A stretch of 64,000 bases of DNA from assembly GCF_009914755.1 (NCBI RefSeq), contig NC_060939.1. One strand, given 5' to 3'. The notes beneath the pieces were generated by a model. It did not search any database and had not been told where the DNA came from. It saw only the letters and a program-made list of their open reading frames with translations. Of this stretch, positions 54,755-64,000 are shown piece after piece. A program made the position numbers and the translations under genes. Within the stretch, counting starts at the first letter, position 1; each line of letters starts with the position of its first letter. The DNA is from the human T2T-CHM13v2.0 reference genome, Homo sapiens.

Positions 54755-56040
54755 TGATCTGCCCACCTCAGCCTCCAAAAGTGCTGGGATTACAGGCGTG
54801 AGCCGCCACACCCAGCCCTCAGAGAAGTTTAGAAACAACCCAATGTCCCACAGCTATTAAGTGGCAGAACTGAAACTCAAACCCAGTCCATCTGCCAGAG
54901 ACGGAGCTTTAACGGCCACACAAGCTGAGAGAGAGAAAGAGAGTTGAGACACTTATATAAGGTGGGAGCCCTGCAAATGATTGGGTGTGGTGGTGTTCTG
55001 GAATCTTCTGAAGCTCTGTATTGAGTGCTGTGAGGCATGGCTTTCCCCTGCCCCTTCTAAACTTGGACCCTGACACATCAAAGCCAGTCTTGGGCACATG
55101 TGGCTCTTGCCTGGTTGACAGTCCCCATCAAGCTGGTGAGGTGGTCTTGTCTTTTTTCCCCAACCTGTTGTAATTTGACTCTTAGGAATTGTGCCGTGAG
55201 CACTGAGACTTGTAGACATCCCATTGTAGGGGTCTTGGTTGTGTATCACTGTGCCCATGGCTCTTAGGGTGACACACACCCAACTCCCAAATCCTGTCCC
55301 GAATGACAGGTGGGATCCAGAGGCACTTGAAAGCCCAGGGAGTCTGAGGGACAGGGATGCTGACAGTGGGCACTGGTGGTTTGTCTGTTTTACTGTTTCA
55401 GGGGAATGAGCCCACCATGTGGAATTCAGATGGGCCTTCTGGCTACCCCAGGGGCCTCCGGCTCAGCTTCCTGGGCATGTCAGAGAGCCGTGCCAGGGGC
55501 CAGAGCTGAGGAATGAGGCTCGGCTTACTGCCCACCCAGGAGGAGTCCCTCTGGAGAGCCTCAGAAAGTACCTGCAATGGCAATACAACAGAAGAGCCTC
55601 TAAATATTTCCTTTTGGGGATACGGCAGGAAAGCCAAAGGAAATGCGAAGAGGTGTCTGAACGCCCAGAGGAAATCAGTGGGCCCTTCCAGAAGTTCTAT
55701 TTGTGGTAAGAAACCTTGGCACGGGGCCCCCAGCTCTCCTGCAAAAATAGACCAATGTGCTGAGAAGCAGCTCAATTCTGGGAGCAATTCCCCTCCATGG
55801 GGAAGAGAGCTTGCACTGGGACTTAGAAGGATCTGCCCCCTCTCTTCTGCTTGCCCCTGGACTCCAGAACCAAAAACAGGGAGAAAAAAAGGTAAACATT
55901 TTTTAAAAAAGAAACTCTTGGCCAGGTGGAGTGGCTCACACCTGTAGTCCCAACACTTTGGGAGGCTGAGGCAGGAGGATCACTTGAGGCCAGGAGTTTG
56001 GGAGCAGCCTGGACAACATGGCGAGAACCTGTCTGTATCA

Positions 56041-56433
<393 letters not shown>

Positions 56434-57287
56434 CTAGACAGAAAATGATGGCCTTGACTGTGATGGTCATCACAGACAGGACCCCTAAGAAAGGTGGCCA
56501 AGGGGGTCTGGGGACCCACTTTTAGAATACCAGGCTGACAGCATAACAGGGGTTTGGGACACCACCATGAAAGAAGACAATGAAGCCAGGTGCAGTGGCT
56601 CACGCCTATAATCCCAGCACTTTGGGAAGCCAAGACGGAAAGATTGCTTGAGCCCAGGAGTTTGAGACCAGCCTGAGTGACATAGCAAGACCCCCATCTC
56701 TACTAAAAATTTAAAAATTAGCCAAGCATGGCTGGGCACGGTGGCTCACACCTGTAATCCCGACACTTTGGGAAGCCGAGGCGTGTGGATTACGAGGTCA
56801 GGAATTTGAGACCAGCCTGACCAACACGGTGAAACCCCGTCTCTACTAAAAATACAAAAATTAGCCAGGTGTGGTGGCAGGCACCTGTAACCCCAGCTAC
56901 TCAGTAGGCTGAGGCAGGAAAATCACTTGAACCCAGGAGGTTCAGTAAGCCAAGATCATGCCATTGCACTCCAGCCTGGGTGACAGAGTGAGACTCCGTC
57001 TCAAAAAAAAAAAAAAAAAAAAGCCAAGCACAGTGGCATGTGCCTGTAGTACCAGCTACTTGGGAGGCTGAGTGAGGAGGGAGGATTGCTTGAGGGCAGG
57101 AGTTGGAGACCAGCCTGGGGAACATAGCGAGACCTTGGCTTGGAAGTAAGGAAGGAAAGAAGGGAGGGAAGGAAGGATGAAGGTAGAAAGAAATGGGACA
57201 AGATGGACTCCTGAGGCCATCCTAATTCTGGAACACAATACAATGGCCTCTGTATGTTAGGAGGGCTCATTTGGCTTCTCTCTAAGC

Positions 57288-57637
57288 CAGCGGTCCACAT
57301 CTTTTTGGCACCAAGGACCAGTTTTGTAGAAGACAATTTTCCATGGATGGGATGGTGGGGGTGGGTGTGGGAGGGGATGGTTTCAGGATGAAACTGTTCC
57401 ACCTCAGATCATCAGGTGTTAGATTCTCATAAGAGGTGCCCAACCTACATCCGTCGCACCTGCAGTCCACAATAGGGTTTGTGCTCCTATGGGAATGTAA
57501 TGCCACACTGATCTGACAGGAGGCGGGGCTCAGGTAGTAATGCTCACTCACCTGCCGCTCACCTCCTGCTGTGGGGCCGGTTCCCAACAGGCCATGGAAT
57601 GCTTACTGGTCCACAGCCCTGGACTTGGGCACCCCTC
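57288..57637 (-). mobile_element. MER1B (hAT-Charlie)
   Basis: cagcggtcc...tttttggcacca...gatgaaactgttccacctcagatcatcagg...agattctcataag; degenerate 8-bp TSD ctctaagc/ttctaagg. Confidence 0.85.
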
Positions 57638-58509
57638 TTCTAAGGCACAAACTTCTACTGTCTTAGGAGCAGCACCCTGGCCTCCACAGCAGGGAGAGAG
57701 CAGGAATACCCAGCCACAGATATTGATGAAGATATTGATCAACTTCCTACCGTCATGGTGGAGCCATGCCTGGAGGCCTCTGGATGGTCATCAGGTAACC
57801 CCAGCACATTTTCCTGTCCCAGACTCCTGGCCACGCTGAGGTTGCTGTGAACAGACACGATGTGCAGGGTCATGGATGTGAAGCTAGAACTCCTTGACAA
57901 GCAGGAGCTTTATTTTATGGCCCAAGCAGTTTGGAAACAAAATCATAAAGTGCTTACCCATCCAGTGTCTCCCCAGCCTGCACTGGGAGGTATCAAACTG
58001 ACCAGATCCGACAGCCCCTTCCGCCCGCAGAAGATGGGTCTGCGTTTCTCTGTCTTTCCCTCTTGGTGGCCAAGAACTGTCAACATCCAGCTGTGGCTCT
58101 GCACTCAGCCGCCACTCAGCCTGCTCAGGTTGAAAGGTCAAATGTTGTCTGGAATTGGCAGCCCAGCTTACTAGCAGCTCTTCTGTCTTCAGAGTGCAGC
58201 GAGGGGAGCTGTCAGAGGGCTGAGGCAAGGACCAGAGAGGCAACTCCTGCGACAGAGAAAGCTCATCCCTGGGTATGTTCTGGAGGGAGAATAGCAGGGT
58301 CTGTCCCAGGAACTTTATTAGCTAGCGGTTAAGATCCTCATCCCCAGAAAAGCCAATAGGAATTAGCTGGGTGATGTGTGCCTATGGTCCCAGCCACTCA
58401 GGAGGGTGAGGAGGGAGAATTGCTTGAGCCCAGGAGGTTGAGGCTGCAGCTAGCTATGATTGTGTCACTGCGCTCCAGCCTGGGTGACAAAGCAAGATCC
58501 TGACTCAAA

Positions 58510-58770
58510 ACAAAAAAAAAAGGAAGAAAGAAGAAAGAGAGAACGAAGAAAGAAAGGAAAGAAAGAGAAAGAGAGAAGGAAGGAAGGAAGGAGAAAGGAA
58601 AGAAGGAAGGAAGAAAAGGAAGAAAGAATGACAAAAGGAAGGAAGGAAAGAAAGATGAAAAGAAAAGGAAAGGAAAAGAAAAGAAAAAAGAAAGGAAAAA
58701 AGAAAAGCAGATAGGAAAGTGAGGGGAGAGGGCCAGGAAGACAGAAGACAGGATGGGCAAGAAGGATGGG
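58510..58770 (+). repeat. GA-rich low-complexity tract (expanded Alu tail)
   Basis: Seen directly. Confidence 0.9.
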
Positions 58771-60330
58771 AAGGATTCCCACACCAGATTCAGGAGTGGC
58801 TCTGCATTGGGAAATCCTTCTACAACTGCTGGGGACTTGGTTTTGCAAACATGCACAGAGAAACCTTCATCCACCTCTGTGCAATGTTGGACTGAAGTAG
58901 AAATGAGCTGCTGTTTTCTGGAAGCACCCCATTTCTTTGAGCTGATCTTCTCTAATAATGAATTCTGGTGAAGCCTGCCATTCACAGCACCCCGCCCTCC
59001 CGTCTGTAGGAGGTGGGCACAGGACCCAGGCCAGCTGATCAGAGAGCTCCCTTGCCCTGGGATGAGCACGTGACCCAGATGGCTCAATCACGGGGAAGAT
59101 CCTCTTGCCTGTTGTAGCCACTATGCTGGAAGAACAGGATTTGGGCTTGTTGGCCGCCATCTTCCAGTCCACACTGGGAACCCATTTGCAGGAGGAGGGA
59201 AGGAGGACAACCCAGTTTGAGGGAGCATATGGACAGCAGCTGTGGAAGGCTCCATATGTGCCCAATACTAGATCTACCCCATCCCTTCCTGTTCCATAAA
59301 TCCATACATCTTCTCCCACTTTTGCTTACCCTAGTTTGAGTTACATTTCTGACACCTGCCACCATAAAAGCCCAAATGATTACAAGGAATATTTGGCTGC
59401 AGAAAAGACCCTGCAGTCTGTGAAAAAAGAGGCTGCTGGTGCATAGTCATCACAGACCAGTGCAAAGAGTGAAACAGAAACATCCAGCTTAATCTGCAAA
59501 AGCCTTTTTGGATCTTTGAGAGGCGTTCATTAACTTACAGCAAATTGATGAGCTGATATTCTTCTTTCATCCAGGTGAGTGCATTAACTAGGTTAATTTT
59601 CCTGTCTCAAGGGACTGCTGTAGGTTAGGGTGAATGAATGAAAGAAGCAAGTTTTTAAACAGGAAAAAAGCTTCAGAGAAGTTGAGGTGACAAGCATCGC
59701 TTCACCCCCAATGGAAGGTGAGCTTGTCTGTTAGGTCCCAGGGACTGAACTGGAGTTCCGTGGTTAGGGGATGACCCATCTCAACAAGAAACTTCCATCA
59801 TCCTCCCGTGGGGATCTGATTAAGATCTTCTCCAGAAGGAGATGGCCTCATGAGTTGGGGCTTTTCAATCTCCCTGTCCCTCCTCTAGAAGGGCATTGCT
59901 ACTGGCCTTGCCCTGCCAAGTCTTCAGTCTACAACAGCACTGACCCGCTTCCGACACAGCCCAGATCCTTCCCAGACACGCTGTTATTCCGACTTTTTGC
60001 CCTTTCAGTCCAGCCTTCCCTATCACTTATGCTGAAATTGGGAACATTTCCCAAACCAACAGTTTCCCAGTCCACAATGTTCCCTTGCTGAGTGTCCCCA
60101 CAGGACAGGCAGGCAGCCTGATAAATAAAACCAGTCATAAAACCTCCCTGCCTTAGCAAAGGGACTGCTTTGCCAGGCTGCTGTCACATAGCACTCCTGT
60201 CTCCCGTTTGACTTCACATAGTGAAAATTGTCTAAAAGATAAGGCAGGAGCTCTGGTTGACACCACCACCCCCATAGATCTCTCTCTAGAAGCATTGGAA
60301 GAGGCCGTCTCAAAAAAGAAAAAAAAATAG

Positions 60331-60834
<504 letters not shown>

Positions 60835-60903
60835 TGAGAGTAACAGAGGTCTGAATACAGTAGCTGAAATGGGGTGGGCAGATCACTTGAGGCCACAAGT
60901 TCA

Positions 60904-61100
<197 letters not shown>

Positions 61101-61685
61101 CTAAAAAAATAATAATAAAAAAAAAATTTGGCCATGCCTATCTGCAAGAACATCTGGGAAAGGTAGCTGCGGTAGGTAGCCTCAAAAATGCCTCCAATAT
61201 CACTGGGTGCAGTGGCTCACACTTTGGGAGGCCAAGGCAGGAGGATTACTTGAGCCTAGGAGTTCCAGACAAGCCTGGGCAACATAGTGAGACCCTGTCA
61301 CTACAAAAAATTTCAAAATTAGCTGAGCATGGTGGTGCATACCTGTAGTCCCAGATACTTGGGAGGCTGAGGTGGGAGGATCACTTGAGTCCAGGAGTTC
61401 AAGGCTACAGTAAGCTATGATCACGCCACTGCATGCTAGCCTGGGTGACAGAGTGAGATTCTGTCTCAAGGGAAAAAAAAGCCCCTTCTCCACTCCCCAA
61501 AAGTCCCCATTAATCCCTTTATTCCAGCATTTTCCCCCTTGTGAGGAAGAGGGGAAATTTGTATTTGTATTTGTATTCCCACTTGCTTTGAGTGTGGCTG
61601 GACCCAGTAACTTTCTTCTAACCAATAGACTATGGCTAGAAGAATAGAATTTAGTCACATAACCATGTCTAGCTGCAATAACATC

Positions 61686-62040
61686 TGCATTAGTCTATTT
61701 TCATGCGGCTGATAAAGACATACCCGAGACTGGGAATAAAAAGGGATTTTATTGGACTTACAGTTCCATATGGCTGGAGAGGCCTCAGAATCACGGCGGG
61801 AGGCAAAAGGCGCTTCTTTCATGGTGGCCCCAAGAGAAAAATGAGGAAGAAGCAAAAGCGGAAACCCCTGATAAACCCATCAGATCTCATGAGACTTATT
61901 CACTATCACAAGAATAACACGGGAAAGACCGGCCCCCATGATTCAGTTACCTCCCCCCAGGTCCCTCCCACAACATGGGGGAATTCTGAGAGATATCATT
62001 CAAGTTGAGATTTGGGTGGGGACACAGCCAAACCATATCA
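61686..62040 (-). mobile_element. THE1 solo LTR (MaLR)
   Basis: tgcattagtc...ctgataaagacatacccgagactggg...gggacacagccaaaccatatca, with a perfect 5-bp TSD acatc (61681-61685, 62041-62045). Confidence 0.92.
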
Positions 62041-62045
62041 ACATC

Positions 62046-62658
<613 letters not shown>

Positions 62659-62758
62659 ATAGTTTTCCAGCTAGACACATTTCTAGGATTCTGTTACTAA
62701 GAAGGAAGGGAAGGCTGGAGACAGGGAAGCAATGAATAGTCACTGTCACCAAAACTGA

Positions 62759-63706
<948 letters not shown>

Positions 63707-64000
63707 CCACTCATACCTACTCCAAAGGGCCGTTGTGAGGATGGAATGAGGTAAATCTGTAATGTACCCATATCCAGTTTGCCAGCACCCAGGAAGTGAC
63801 TAACGAGACATGGTTTTTTAATTATTATTTTATTATTATTATTATTATTGTATTTTTAGTAGAGACGGGGTTTCCCCATGTTGGTCAGGCTGGTCTCGAA
63901 CTCCCAACCCCAGGTGATTTGCCTGCCTCGGCCTCCCAAAGTGCTGGGATTACAGGTGTGAGCCACCACTCCTGGCCGGAGATGTGGTTTTTAGTGAAGG

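Noticed and set aside
58398-59087. 229 aa F/L/S-rich ORF (longest in the track)
   Set aside because: Reads through a purine/pyrimidine low-complexity tract and an Alu.

Overview
Human (primate) genomic DNA from a chromosome 15 segmental-duplication cluster, most likely 15q11-q13. There are no prokaryotic features. Almost all ORFs in the supplied track are Alu, L1 or low-complexity artefacts. The one real gene is a 19-coding-exon GOLGA8-family golgin (derived from GOLGA2/GM130) on the + strand, 11124-21436. I spliced it by hand into an open ~625-626 aa frame; the best-guess paralogue is GOLGA8S. Its 3' UTR is split by a ~3.5 kb retroposed AT-rich insert. It also carries an intronic 7SL pseudogene, two dead ancestral exons, a compensated frameshift spanning three exons, and a 5-nt insertion that removes the GM130 C-terminal GRASP65-binding tail. 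The ~28 kb core is bracketed by two oppositely oriented arrays of a ~450 bp Alu+monomer unit with strongly strand-biased T>C changes (1-790 and 28839-30788). Downstream lie an AT-rich block (~31-35.7 kb) and an Alu-dense block containing an orphan copy of the PARN terminal exon and 3' UTR (42557-~43580). Comparisons with GOLGA2, PARN, ITSN2, 7SL and repeat consensuses are from memory and need alignment to confirm.
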